Positions 27,438 to 36,888 of a stretch of 49,368 nt of DNA are shown in pieces. The notes beneath the pieces were generated by a model that saw nothing but the letters and a program-made list of their open reading frames with translations, made no database searches and was not told where the DNA came from. Origin of the DNA: Gloeomargaritaceae cyanobacterium C42_A2020_066. Its GTDB lineage: Bacteria; Cyanobacteriota; Cyanobacteriia; Gloeomargaritales; Gloeomargaritaceae. Each line of letters starts with the position of its first letter. The stretch's first letter is position 1. The DNA is taken from the NCBI GenBank assembly GCA_015272465.1, contig JACYLR010000167.1:1-49368 (forward strand), written 5' to 3'. The position numbers and the translations under genes are program-made.

Positions 27438-30400
27438 ATGGCTTGGAGTGTGAGCACGCTGGCGGTGCGGCGACGGGTGGGAACCCTGATGCTGACCCTG
27501 GCCGCGGTGGTGCTGGGTGTAGTGGCCATCCTCGGCCTAGAGGTGGATCTGCTGCCCGCGGTGATCTATCCGCGCATTGCTGTGCGTCTGACCCTGCCGG
27601 GGGTAGCTCCCGATGCGGTGGTAGAGACGGTGACCCGGCCCTTAGAGGAGGCACTGCTGGCGACAGAAGGGGTCGAGCAAATTTTTTCGACGACCCGGCC
27701 CGATGGGTTGTCAGTGGATCTGTACTTCCCCGCCGGCAGCAACCTGGATCGGGCGTTGACCGACACCACCGCGTCCTTCAACCGGGTGCGTGCCCGCTTA
27801 CCCGACTGGCTAGAGCCGCCGCGCATCTTCCGATTTGATCCCTCCCAGTCCCCTATCTATGAATTCGCCCTCACCAGTGGTGATCTCCCTAGTCGGGACT
27901 TGCGTACCTATGCCGATCAGGAATTGGTGCGGGTACTCAGTTTGGTGCCGGGGGTGGCGGCGGTGCAGGTGGCGGGGGGGCAACGGGAGGAAGTGCAGGT
28001 CTATCTCGACTTAAATCGGCTCCAAGCCTCAGGGCTGGGAATCAACACCATCCTGACAGCCCTGGCTGCCCAAAACCAGGATGTGGGGGGAGGACGTTTG
28101 GAGAACCCAGCCCAGGATGTGCCCACTCGTGTTCTAGGACGGTGGGCGTCAGCGGATCAGATTCGCGACGTGCGGCTAGAGGTACCCGGCACCAGTCCCC
28201 CCCAAACCCTGAGCTTGGGGGATGTGGCCCAGGTGATTGATGGCGAGGAACGCCCCCGCCTCTGGGTAGCCCTCGATGGCCGGCCGGCCGTGCGGGTCAG
28301 CATTCTCAAACAGCCCCAAGCCAACACAGTAGCGGTCGTGACAGGGGTACAACGGGCGCTGGCAGAGCTGACGGCGGCCGGCCGTCTGCCGCCCCAGACT
28401 ACGCTGGTCACCACCCTTGACGAAGCTCGTTTCATCCGCAGCGCCCTGGCCAACGTGATCTCCTCTGGGATCAGCGGGGCTATCCTAGCCGCCCTCGTGG
28501 TGTTTGTCTTCCTGGGCAGTCTGCGGCAGGCGCTGGTGGTGGTGATTGCCATTCCCCTGTCCACCCTGGTGACGCTGGCCCTCATGGATCGGTTTGGCCT
28601 CTCCCTCAACCTGTTTAGCCTAGGGGGGTTGGCCCTGGGGGTGGGGATTGTGGTGGACAACACCATTGTCATGGTCGAGGTGATTGCGGCCGGCCAGCGG
28701 GCGTTCCCTGGGCTACCCCCAGAACGGCAAGTGATCAGGGCTGCCCGGCCCGTGGAATCGGCGCTGGTGGCTTCCACCTTCACCAACTTGGCGTCAGTGG
28801 TGCCGTTTCTCGGTCTGGCGGGCTTGTTGGCCCTGTTGTTTAGTCCCCTGATCCTGACAGTTAGCCTGGCGGTGACGGCTTCCCTGGTCGTGGCCCTAAC
28901 CGTGGTTCCCGTCATGATGGTGATACTGGGCGTAGACGAACCCCCCGATCGCGGCTGGGCTGTGGCTGTCCAACGGTGGCTCGACCGACTGGAAATTCAG
29001 TACCAGCGGGCATTGGTGTGGAGCTTGAACCATGCCTGGCTGGTGGTGGGGCTGATTGTAGTCACATTTGGGGCCAGTGCCTGGTTTGCCGTCGGTGGGT
29101 TGGGGCAAACCCTGATTCCTCGGATTAATACCGGCCTTGCCCAGGTCTCGGCCCGCTTCCCACCGGGGATTCCCCTGGCCGTCAACCGACGCGTCATGAC
29201 CCTGGTGGGCGAAACCCTGGGTCAGTTCCCGGAAACCCAGCATCACTTTACGGTGGCGGGCGGCAATCTTTTCGGAGCCACGGCTGCCACCAATCCCCAA
29301 AACGGCAATGCCACCCTGACCCTCAAGCCCCAAACCCCCCTGGAGGACTACGTGGAGCGGGCCACGACCGCCCTCAATGCCCTCAATCTGGCCGGCATTC
29401 GGCTGACGGTGATTCCTGAGGGGGTGCGGGGGATCATTCTCACCAATAGTCCCGTCCAGGGGGGGGATCTGGATGTGGTGCTTCAGGGGGATGACGCCGA
29501 CAGTCTGCAAGCGGCCGGCCGGCAGGTACTGGCCCGGCTCAGCGAGCAAGTACCCGATGCCCGCTTCCGCACCACAGGCGAAGACGAAGACCAGGAAGTG
29601 CAGATCAAACCCGACAGTGAGCGCCTCGCTACCCTGGGCCTCAGCGTTGAAGCTGTGGGGCAGGTCGTCAGTACAGCCCTCCAGGGTACGGTGCCCACCC
29701 AGTTGCAGCGGGGCGATCGCCTGGTGGATGTGCGAGTTCAGGTTGATCCCAGTCAATTGACCCGCAGTGCGGACTTGGCGCTCCTGCCCGTCACCGTCCC
29801 CAATCAGCAACCTGTGCGAATTGGCGACTTGGCCACCCTCAGCCCTGGGCGCGCCCCCACCACGATCCAGCGCCTTAACCAAAAGCGGATTTTCTTGATC
29901 AATGGCAGTCTGGCCAAGGGGGTCACTGTGAATCAGGGGCTGCGCCAGGTGGATGCCGCTCTTGCTGGACTGAAGCTGCCGCAGGGGGTCACCCTACTGC
30001 CCAGCCAAACCGCGGCGGTGCTCCGGCAATTGCAGGGGAACTTTTGGGTGTTGGGGGGCCTGGGCACCTTCCTGGTCTTTGTGGTGATGGCTGTCCAGTA
30101 CAACACCCTCCTTGACCCCCTGATCATTCTGGTTACCGTACCCCTCGCGTTGGCAGGGGGTATCCTGGGGCTGGCCATGACCGAGACACCCTTGAGCGCT
30201 ACGGTGATCGTTGGGGCTGTTCTCTTGGTAGGCATCGTGGTCAACAACGCTATTTTATTGGTGGAAATCGCCAACCAGACCCATACGGCCTTGGGGGTGG
30301 ACTGGCGTACAGCTATGGCCAAAGCAGCTCCTCAGCGGTTGCGGCCGATTTTGATGACCACCCTCACCACCGTGATCGGCCTATCGCCCTTGGCCTTGGG

Positions 30401-30572
30401 AGGGGGTGAGGGTTTGGAACTCCTCCGTCCGATTGGCCTAGTGATTTTCAGTGGTCTCTCCTTGGCAACCCTCCTCACTCTGTTTTTAATTCCCTGCCTG
30501 TATACCCTGGCCCATGAGAAACTCAGCCCCCGGCCGGCCGCCATGCCGACAGGAACCCGGCATCGTGACTAG
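27438..30572 (+). CDS. RND efflux transporter permease (AcrB/AcrD/AcrF family)
   Basis: 1044 aa with 12-TM RND topology and two large periplasmic loops. Conserved strings include LGGLALGVGIVVDNTIVMVE and GAVLLVGIVVNNAILLVE. Confidence 0.9.
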   Translation: MAWSVSTLAVRRRVGTLMLTLAAVVLGVVAILGLEVDLLPAVIYPRIAVRLTLPGVAPDAVVETVTRPLEEALLATEGVEQIFSTTRPDGLSVDLYFPAGSNLDRALTDTTASFNRVRARLPDWLEPPRIFRFDPSQSPIYEFALTSGDLPSRDLRTYADQELVRVLSLVPGVAAVQVAGGQREEVQVYLDLNRLQASGLGINTILTALAAQNQDVGGGRLENPAQDVPTRVLGRWASADQIRDVRLEVPGTSPPQTLSLGDVAQVIDGEERPRLWVALDGRPAVRVSILKQPQANTVAVVTGVQRALAELTAAGRLPPQTTLVTTLDEARFIRSALANVISSGISGAILAALVVFVFLGSLRQALVVVIAIPLSTLVTLALMDRFGLSLNLFSLGGLALGVGIVVDNTIVMVEVIAAGQRAFPGLPPERQVIRAARPVESALVASTFTNLASVVPFLGLAGLLALLFSPLILTVSLAVTASLVVALTVVPVMMVILGVDEPPDRGWAVAVQRWLDRLEIQYQRALVWSLNHAWLVVGLIVVTFGASAWFAVGGLGQTLIPRINTGLAQVSARFPPGIPLAVNRRVMTLVGETLGQFPETQHHFTVAGGNLFGATAATNPQNGNATLTLKPQTPLEDYVERATTALNALNLAGIRLTVIPEGVRGIILTNSPVQGGDLDVVLQGDDADSLQAAGRQVLARLSEQVPDARFRTTGEDEDQEVQIKPDSERLATLGLSVEAVGQVVSTALQGTVPTQLQRGDRLVDVRVQVDPSQLTRSADLALLPVTVPNQQPVRIGDLATLSPGRAPTTIQRLNQKRIFLINGSLAKGVTVNQGLRQVDAALAGLKLPQGVTLLPSQTAAVLRQLQGNFWVLGGLGTFLVFVVMAVQYNTLLDPLIILVTVPLALAGGILGLAMTETPLSATVIVGAVLLVGIVVNNAILLVEIANQTHTALGVDWRTAMAKAAPQRLRPILMTTLTTVIGLSPLALGGGEGLELLRPIGLVIFSGLSLATLLTLFLIPCLYTLAHEKLSPRPAAMPTGTRHRD

Positions 30573-30624
30573 CAACAGTTGCTGTTAGGATGTGCTAAGG
30601 GTGCTTCCATTAGGCGTGTGAGCC

Positions 30625-30897
30625 ATGCAGTCTCCCGAACCTGTGACCTTAGAGCAAGTCGGTGCCACTCTCAAGGAGGCGGTCGCCCAATTACGGTCGA
30701 TCGCGACCCGCCTCGATAACCTGGAGCAGGATCAACGGGAGATGACGATTAGACTAGAAGCCTTGCAGAAGGGCAGCGAGGGGGTGACGGAGATGGCGAA
30801 GACGATCATTATCACGGCTGGAGTCGCGGTGATTTTCGCCCCATTGCTCAAGGAACTGGCCCCCGCCCTTAGTGCGCTGCTCACCGGAAATCCCTAG
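30625..30897 (+). CDS. Hypothetical small protein (coiled-coil plus a C-terminal hydrophobic helix)
   Basis: 90-aa ORF with an ATG start and G/C-rich third codon positions consistent with host coding bias. I recognise no family. Confidence 0.4.
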   Translation: MQSPEPVTLEQVGATLKEAVAQLRSIATRLDNLEQDQREMTIRLEALQKGSEGVTEMAKTIIITAGVAVIFAPLLKELAPALSALLTGNP

Positions 30898-30929
30898 CCT
30901 CTTCGCCGCCCAGGTTGGGGTGTCCCGAC

Positions 30930-32453
30930 CTAAAGTGGCTCAGGTCTGGGAGCGGAGGCAAAGTGTTCGACGAGGGCTATTGTCAGCCCTTCGAGGGTGT
31001 AGGTTTGGGCCTGGACATCCACCCGGCCGAAGTATTCCTCACAGGTTTGGGCTGTTTGCGGGCCAATCGCGGCCACCGCCAGCGACTGAATCCACAGCTG
31101 CCACTCGGGATTGGTCTGGCTCAGCAGGCGACAGAAGTGACGCACGGTTTTGGAACTGGTAAAGGTGACCGCATCCACCCGGCCGGCCGCCAGTTGCTCT
31201 AGGACTTGGGGGGGGGCCTGATCCGGACAGCGGGTTTCGTAGGCGGCCACTTCAGTCACGAGTGCCCCTAGGGCGCGCAACCCCTGGGTGAGGATCTCCC
31301 GTCCACCACTGGCCACTCGCGGAAACAAAATCGGCCGGCCGGCCAGCGTGTCCCGGTTGGGAAAGTGGGTGAGCAGGGCATCAGCGACAAACTCCGGAGG
31401 GATAAAGTCGGGTTGTAAGCCCCACCGCCGCAAGTGCTGAGCGGTTTTCTCGCCCACCACGCCGATACGGACACCGTGAAGATGGCGGGTATCGTAGCCC
31501 AGAGCCAACAGCCGCTCCAGGACGGCATCGACGGCTTGGGCGGAGGTCAGCAACAACCAGTCAAAGCTGGGTAACTGGGCCAGGGCTGCATCTAGGGGCT
31601 GAAGGTCGGGCGGCGGGGTCACCTCTAGGACAGGCATCTCTAGGACTTGGGCACCCAGGTCGCGCAACTGGGTTTGGAACTGACCGCCGCTGTCCACGGC
31701 GCGGGTCACCAGGATGGTACGGCCGGCCAGGGGCAGGGTTGGCAGGCACTGGCTTCGTAACGTCACCACCTCACCCACCACAATCACCGCTGGGGCCAGG
31801 GATTCTCCCTCAGTCTGGCGGAGGATGTCGGTCAGGGTGCCCACCCACACCCGCTGGGTCGGCCGGCCGGCCGCATGGATCACCGCGATGGGGGTGTCGG
31901 CCGGCCGATGAACACCGAGACGGGCCACAATTGTCTGAAGTTGCTGCCCACCCATCAGGATCACCAGAGTGTCCAGGCACGCCAGCGTCGGCCAGTCGAG
32001 GGCCTCCGGGCGGTGGCCAGTCACAACGGCAAAAGCCTGGCTGTAACGAGCGTCCGTCAGCGGAATCCCGGCGAGCACTGGGGCCGCTAGGGCCGTGGAT
32101 AGACCAGGCACCACGCCAAATGAACAGCCCTGGGCGCGGAGGGCCGCCAGTTCCGGTTGGGCCTTGCCGAAAATGAACGGATCGCCACTTTTGAGCCGCA
32201 CCACCCGCCGGCCGGCCTGGCACTGCGCCACCAAGAGCTGATTGATGTCTGCCTGGCTCAGGTGTTGGGCTCCCTGGGCGGTCGGGAGGCAGAGGCAGTC
32301 ACGCGGCACCAGACTCAGCACCTGGGGATCGACCAGGGTGTCGTAGACCACAACTTCCGCTAGGGCCAGGGTTTGACGGGCCTGCTCGGTCAAGTATTCG
32401 GGCGCGCCAAGGCCAGCCCCCACCAGGTCAACCCGCCCCTGGGGCAGGGACAC
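30930..32453 (-). CDS. cobA/hemD: Fused uroporphyrinogen-III C-methyltransferase / uroporphyrinogen-III synthase
   Basis: The N-terminal SUMT part reads VDLVGAGLGAPEYLT...VVYDTLV...RLKSGDPFIFG...VPGLSTALA. The C-terminal HemD-like half reads ILVTRAVDSG...LLLTSAQAV...VTFTSSKTV. The GTG start lies 2 nt after the upstream stop. Confidence 0.85.
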   Translation of the reverse strand: MSLPQGRVDLVGAGLGAPEYLTEQARQTLALAEVVVYDTLVDPQVLSLVPRDCLCLPTAQGAQHLSQADINQLLVAQCQAGRRVVRLKSGDPFIFGKAQPELAALRAQGCSFGVVPGLSTALAAPVLAGIPLTDARYSQAFAVVTGHRPEALDWPTLACLDTLVILMGGQQLQTIVARLGVHRPADTPIAVIHAAGRPTQRVWVGTLTDILRQTEGESLAPAVIVVGEVVTLRSQCLPTLPLAGRTILVTRAVDSGGQFQTQLRDLGAQVLEMPVLEVTPPPDLQPLDAALAQLPSFDWLLLTSAQAVDAVLERLLALGYDTRHLHGVRIGVVGEKTAQHLRRWGLQPDFIPPEFVADALLTHFPNRDTLAGRPILFPRVASGGREILTQGLRALGALVTEVAAYETRCPDQAPPQVLEQLAAGRVDAVTFTSSKTVRHFCRLLSQTNPEWQLWIQSLAVAAIGPQTAQTCEEYFGRVDVQAQTYTLEGLTIALVEHFASAPRPEPL

Positions 32454-32455
32454 CC

Positions 32456-32923
32456 CTAGAGTCCCGTGACAGGCATTGAGTACCAGCCCGCCGCCGGATC
32501 GCCCACATAACCACCATCGCCACCCATCAGGATCACCGTGTCGATCACATGAATGATGCCATTGTCGGCTTCAATGTCGGCGGCCAGCACCGTAGCGTTC
32601 TTGACCTCAAAGTAGTCAGACCCACACTGGATGGGAATGGGTGACCCTTCCAGGGAAATAGCCCGGCCCATCTGACACAGATCCGCCTGGGTGTAGCGGC
32701 CGGCCGCTACGTGATAGGTGAGGATGCGGGCCAGTTGGGGAATATTTTGCAGCAGGGTGGTAATCGTGCGGGGGGGCAGCTTGGCAAAGGCCGCGTCGTT
32801 GGGGGCAAATACGGTGAACGGCCCTGGACTTTTGAGGGCCTCTACCAGACTGGCCGCCTGCACCGCCGCCACCAGCGTATTGAAGGAGCCAGCCCCGACC
32901 GCAATATCCACAATGTCGGCCAT
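32456..32923 (-). CDS. Fasciclin (FAS1) domain protein, no obvious signal peptide
   Basis: [50 protein letters not shown]...YHV...[14 protein letters not shown] is a canonical FAS1 domain. Confidence 0.85.
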   Translation of the reverse strand: MADIVDIAVGAGSFNTLVAAVQAASLVEALKSPGPFTVFAPNDAAFAKLPPRTITTLLQNIPQLARILTYHVAAGRYTQADLCQMGRAISLEGSPIPIQCGSDYFEVKNATVLAADIEADNGIIHVIDTVILMGGDGGYVGDPAAGWYSMPVTGL

Positions 32924-33153
32924 AGGTCACTCGAATGCTGCACAGTTCCCGAATCGCCACCCCATTGTAATCGAGGGGCTTCGCTTGCAATACACCTGCG
33001 ACTGGGTGGATCGATGACATCTTGTTTGGGGAGCTATCAGGTCAACTCATCCATCGGTTTTCGCTAAGCCTGGGGTGCCCAGAGGAGCCAGTCCACCTGC
33101 GCCATTCGCTAGCATGGTCAGCAGTTTTAGTGATTGCCCAACCCTGGGATTGC

Positions 33154-33333
33154 ATGATGACGGAAGCAACGCCCCAGCCCCGCGGTAGCCTGATGCCTGT
33201 GGCCTCTGTCCCCGAACCCTCCATCGAGAAATTGCAGTTGCGCCCGACCCCTAAACCCGAAGGCCCCCTCGGCCGGCCGGTGGCTAGCAACGAACGGGAA
33301 ACCATTGACCAGATGATCGGTTACCTGGATTAG
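33154..33333 (+). CDS. Hypothetical small protein (59 aa)
   Basis: It starts with an ATG-ATG pair inside track ORF 33022-33333. Third codon positions are strongly G/C, as in the host genes. I recognise no family. Confidence 0.35.
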   Translation: MMTEATPQPRGSLMPVASVPEPSIEKLQLRPTPKPEGPLGRPVASNERETIDQMIGYLD

Positions 33334-33380
33334 TCGGGCCGGCCGCGCTATAACAGAGCCAGTTGCGGCGCGGGGGCGCA

Positions 33381-33968
33381 ATGCCCTACACCACCGATCA
33401 GTTAATCCAGATCCTGGAGCAGGAACTCCATGCCCACTGGCGCGGCGAGCGGGTTCTGCTCTCGGCGACCCAGCGGCTGGACAACCCGGTGATTGCCCGT
33501 GCCCTAGAACCGGAACGCCTGAGCATGGTGTTTGGCTACCAGGAGTTTCGCGCCCAGATTCACGCGTATCAGCGGCAGCATGGGGTTTCGGGGCTGGTCT
33601 GGCGGGCCTGCCGGTTTGGGTCCCACTGGGTGACGGTTCCTGAAGTCCATCCCCATCTGGTGCCGGTGGCCGGCGATAAGGAAATGCTGATGGCCCATAA
33701 GCCCGCCATTCTGGCCTTCTGGCAGCAGTGTACCCAAGCCCTCTCCCTGTGGGTTGCCGGATCACTCCCAGAACCCTTGACTGGGGCGGCGGCGGCCGGC
33801 CGGATTGACCAGGCCGAGTGGTTGGAGGTGGATGCCACGGCCACAGAACTGTACCTGGGCCTGTGCTGGGGCGATCCACGGGAGTGTCACTATGCCTGGG
33901 CGGCCCCCACATCGGGCTGCGAACGGCTGGTGGCAGCCCCCGGCTGGCCGAGTGCCCTGAAGATTTAA
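33381..33968 (+). CDS. Hypothetical protein, co-transcribed with cbiA
   Basis: 195 aa from the ATG at 33381 (MPYTTDQLIQILEQE...). Its stop lies 3 nt before the cbiA start. I recognise no domain. Confidence 0.55.
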   Translation: MPYTTDQLIQILEQELHAHWRGERVLLSATQRLDNPVIARALEPERLSMVFGYQEFRAQIHAYQRQHGVSGLVWRACRFGSHWVTVPEVHPHLVPVAGDKEMLMAHKPAILAFWQQCTQALSLWVAGSLPEPLTGAAAAGRIDQAEWLEVDATATELYLGLCWGDPRECHYAWAAPTSGCERLVAAPGWPSALKI

Positions 33969-33971
33969 CCC

Positions 33972-35342
33972 ATGCCCCTGGTGATCGCCGGTGAACGCAG
34001 CGGTGTGGGCAAGACCACCCTCACCCTAATGATCCTGGCCTGTCTGCGGCGCTGGGGTCACACCGTCCAAGCCTTCAAGGTGGGGCCAGACTACATCGAT
34101 CCCCAGTTTCACACCCAGGTCACCGGCCGGCCGTGCCGCAACCTCGACCCGATTCTTACCTCCGAAACCTACGTCCAGACCTGCTTTGGCCGCCATGCCC
34201 AGGGTGTCAGCCATGTGCTGGTCGAGGGCGTCATGGGGCTGTTCGATGGCACTGGGGAACCGGAATACCGGGGCAGTACAGCCCACGTGGCCCGGCTGCT
34301 GAACCTCCCTGTTCTCTTGGTCATCGATTGCAGCCGTCTCTCCAGTTCTGTGGCGGCCCTAGTTCAGGGGTATCGCACCCTGGATGCGCGGCTCACCTTG
34401 GCCGGTGTAATCCTGAATCGGGTCGCCAGTGACCGCCATCGGGAACTGCTGCTGGAGGCGTTAGCGCCGTTAGGCATACCCGTCCTGGGCCTGATTCCCC
34501 GCCAAGATGACCTCGGCCGGCCGGCCCGCCATTTGGGCCTTGTCCCACCGGGGGAACTGGGGGATTTTGCTCCCTGGTTAGACCGCCTCGTGGGGTTGGG
34601 GCAACGGGCCTTGGCCTGGGAACACCTCCTGCCCCTGCTGTCGGCCGGCCGCCCTAGCTTAGCCCCTGAGGTGCCCCGGCCGGCCGCGACGGTGCGTTTG
34701 GGCATCGCCCAGGATGCCGCCTTCAACTTCTACTACGCCGACAACCTCGACCTGTTAGGCCAGTGGGGGGCTGAACTGGTGCCTTGGAGTCCGCTCCAGG
34801 ATACCCAGGGACTGCCGGATGTCCACGGCCTCGTCATCGGTGGGGGCTTCCCAGAAACCTTTGCGGCTATCTTGAGTAGCCAGTCCCAACTCCACCGCGC
34901 CCTGCGCCACGCGGCCGGCCGGGGGATGCCCATGTACGCCGAATGCGGGGGCCTGATGTTCCTCAGCCAGTCGATCACTGCCCAGACCGGGGAAACCTGG
35001 CCGATGGTGGGCCTGCTGCCAACCGCAACCCAGATGGCCGGCCGACTGACCCTGGGCTACCGCCGGGGTGTGGTGCAGGCTCCGAGTCCCTTCCTCCACC
35101 CAGGGGAGTTGGTCTGGGGCCACGAGTTCCACCACTCGGTTACGACTATCCCCCCCCCTATGCCTCTGTACAGTCTGCGGGGCCTCGGTGCGGCCGCTGT
35201 CTCAACACCAGAAGGATGGGTGAGCAATCGGGTACAGGCATCCTATCTCCATCTGCACTGGGGGGAAATCCCTGGCATTCCCCAGCGCCTCGTTGCCCGC
35301 GCCCGCGCCTATGCCCAAACCGTGTCTAAAGGTCAGCGCTAG
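33972..35342 (+). CDS. cbiA: Cobyrinate a,c-diamide synthase
   Basis: The N-terminal P-loop is AGERSGVGKTTLTLMIL, followed by KVGPDYIDPQFH. A C-terminal glutamine amidotransferase-like part reads YAECGGLMFL ... GHEFHHS. Confidence 0.9.
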   Translation: MPLVIAGERSGVGKTTLTLMILACLRRWGHTVQAFKVGPDYIDPQFHTQVTGRPCRNLDPILTSETYVQTCFGRHAQGVSHVLVEGVMGLFDGTGEPEYRGSTAHVARLLNLPVLLVIDCSRLSSSVAALVQGYRTLDARLTLAGVILNRVASDRHRELLLEALAPLGIPVLGLIPRQDDLGRPARHLGLVPPGELGDFAPWLDRLVGLGQRALAWEHLLPLLSAGRPSLAPEVPRPAATVRLGIAQDAAFNFYYADNLDLLGQWGAELVPWSPLQDTQGLPDVHGLVIGGGFPETFAAILSSQSQLHRALRHAAGRGMPMYAECGGLMFLSQSITAQTGETWPMVGLLPTATQMAGRLTLGYRRGVVQAPSPFLHPGELVWGHEFHHSVTTIPPPMPLYSLRGLGAAAVSTPEGWVSNRVQASYLHLHWGEIPGIPQRLVARARAYAQTVSKGQR

Positions 35343-36097
35343 ACAAAATTGCTGCCCAGGAAGTTTTGGCGCACCGCCTCATCCTGGTAGAGCGTCTGGG
35401 CCGGGCCGGCCGCCAGAATGCGACCCTGGTGGAGAATGTAGGACCGATCGGTGATCGCCAGGGTTTCGCGCACACTGTGGTCGGTGATCAAAATCCCCAG
35501 TTGGCTTTGCTGGAGACCGCGGATAATCCCCTGCAATTCAGCTACCGCAATGGGATCGACCCCGGCAAAGGGTTCATCCAAAAAGAGAAACTTGGGGCCG
35601 GCCGCGAGGGCGCGGGCGATTTCAGCCCGGCGGCGCTCTCCCCCCGACACCTGGACGCCAGTTTGGTAGGCAACGGCGTCGAGGCGCAGGTTTTTGAGCA
35701 AATGGCGAACGCGGGGGAGCCATTCCCGCCGGGGCACCTGGGTTTCCTGGAGAACCAACAGCAGATTGTCACGAATGCTCAGGTTGCGGAAAATGCTGGG
35801 TTCTTGGGCCAGGTAGCCAATACCCAGGCGTGCCCGTTGGTGGAGGGGAATCTGGGTGATGTCCCGGCCTTCTAGCCATACGGTACCCAGGTCGGGTTTC
35901 TCCAGCCCCACCGCAATCGAGAAGGTCGTTGTCTTGCCAGCACCGTTAGGGCCTAGGAGACCGACGATCTCGCCCTGGCGAATGGTGAGGCTGACATCCT
36001 GGACGACGCAGCGCCGGCCGTAGGACTTGTAGATGTTCTCCAGTACAATCTGCACAGGCTTGACTACGGTAGCGGCCGGCCGGGTGCCAGAGTTCAC
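35339..36097 (-). CDS. lptB: LPS export ABC transporter ATP-binding protein
   Basis: The sequence has Walker A GPNGAGKTT, the LptB-typical string RARLGIGYLAQEPSIFRNLSIRDNL, the signature SGGERRR and Walker B FLFLDEPFAG. The track start is GTG; an internal GTG near 36055 is also possible. Confidence 0.85.
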   Translation of the reverse strand: MNSGTRPAATVVKPVQIVLENIYKSYGRRCVVQDVSLTIRQGEIVGLLGPNGAGKTTTFSIAVGLEKPDLGTVWLEGRDITQIPLHQRARLGIGYLAQEPSIFRNLSIRDNLLLVLQETQVPRREWLPRVRHLLKNLRLDAVAYQTGVQVSGGERRRAEIARALAAGPKFLFLDEPFAGVDPIAVAELQGIIRGLQQSQLGILITDHSVRETLAITDRSYILHQGRILAAGPAQTLYQDEAVRQNFLGSNFV

Positions 36098-36138
36098 CTA
36101 TCCTAACAGGCTGTTTCAGTTTCCCCTGAGGACGATCT

Positions 36139-36849
36139 ATGACACGGGAGGTGTGTCCCGATCGGGACAGCGTGACACAACGGGCGTTGGATCGGGTGGT
36201 GGCTACTGTGCGCGCCCATGCGGCCGGCCGGGGCCGGTGCAGCCTAGTGCTGGCGGGTGGCAGTACCCCCAAGGCCCTCTACACTCGGCTAGCGCAGGTG
36301 GACTTGCCCTGGGAAGCGCTCCACATTTTCTGGGGTGATGAACGCTATGTGCCGCAGGATCATCCCGACAGTAACTACCGGATGGCACAGGAGGCCTGGT
36401 TGAGCCATGTGCCCATTCCCCGTAACCAGATTTATCCGATGCCCACGGATGACCCCGATCCGCGCACCGCGGCCGGCCGCTACGAAGCGGTGATCCACCG
36501 GTTCTTTGGCTCGCAGCCGGGGGACTGGCCTCGTTTCGATCTGGTTTTGCTGGGGCTGGGGGATGATGGCCATACGGCCTCTCTCTTTCCCCACACTGCT
36601 GCCTTGCAGGTGTGTGACCGGCTGGTCACTGTTGGCGAACGCCAAGGGCAGCCCCGTTTGACCCTCTCAATTCCGGTGTTGAACCGGGCCGAGCAGGTCA
36701 TTTTCCTGGTAACTGGAGCCAGCAAGCGGCCGGCCGTGACCAAGGTGTGGGCTGAAGTGGGCAACCCGGAGGCTTATCCGGCGCGCTTTATTCAACCCGA
36801 GGGGGAATTGATCTGGCTCCTCGATCAGGAGGCTGCTCCCACTGGGTGA
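36139..36849 (+). CDS. pgl: 6-phosphogluconolactonase
   Basis: LVLAGGSTPKALY..., WEALHIFWGDERYVP.DHPDSNY and LLGLGDDGHTASLFP are classical Pgl motifs. Confidence 0.9.
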   Translation: MTREVCPDRDSVTQRALDRVVATVRAHAAGRGRCSLVLAGGSTPKALYTRLAQVDLPWEALHIFWGDERYVPQDHPDSNYRMAQEAWLSHVPIPRNQIYPMPTDDPDPRTAAGRYEAVIHRFFGSQPGDWPRFDLVLLGLGDDGHTASLFPHTAALQVCDRLVTVGERQGQPRLTLSIPVLNRAEQVIFLVTGASKRPAVTKVWAEVGNPEAYPARFIQPEGELIWLLDQEAAPTG

Positions 36850-36888
36850 GGATCAGGGGAGATGCGGAAAAGCACTTGGAGGATGGGC

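Noticed and set aside
28896-29882. Long antisense or out-of-frame ORFs in the track, such as 28896-29882 (328 aa), 28157-28915, 33127-33912, 23658-24425, 22052-22753, 2745-3758, 574-1317 and 14445-15263.
   Set aside because: All lie inside, and opposite to or out of frame with, genes that carry clear conserved motifs. Their translations are Arg/Pro/Gly/Ala-rich low-complexity sequence, typical of shadow ORFs in high-GC DNA, and no motif is recognisable.
33086-33103. The B12-box-like string AGCCAGTCCACCTGCGCC upstream of the cbiA unit, which suggested a second cobalamin riboswitch.
   Set aside because: The upstream sequence lacks the obligatory GGGAA...GGUG.AA.UCC...GCUG.CCCGCA.CUGU core that is obvious in the 44.4-kb element. 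The resemblance is limited to one short GC-rich string.
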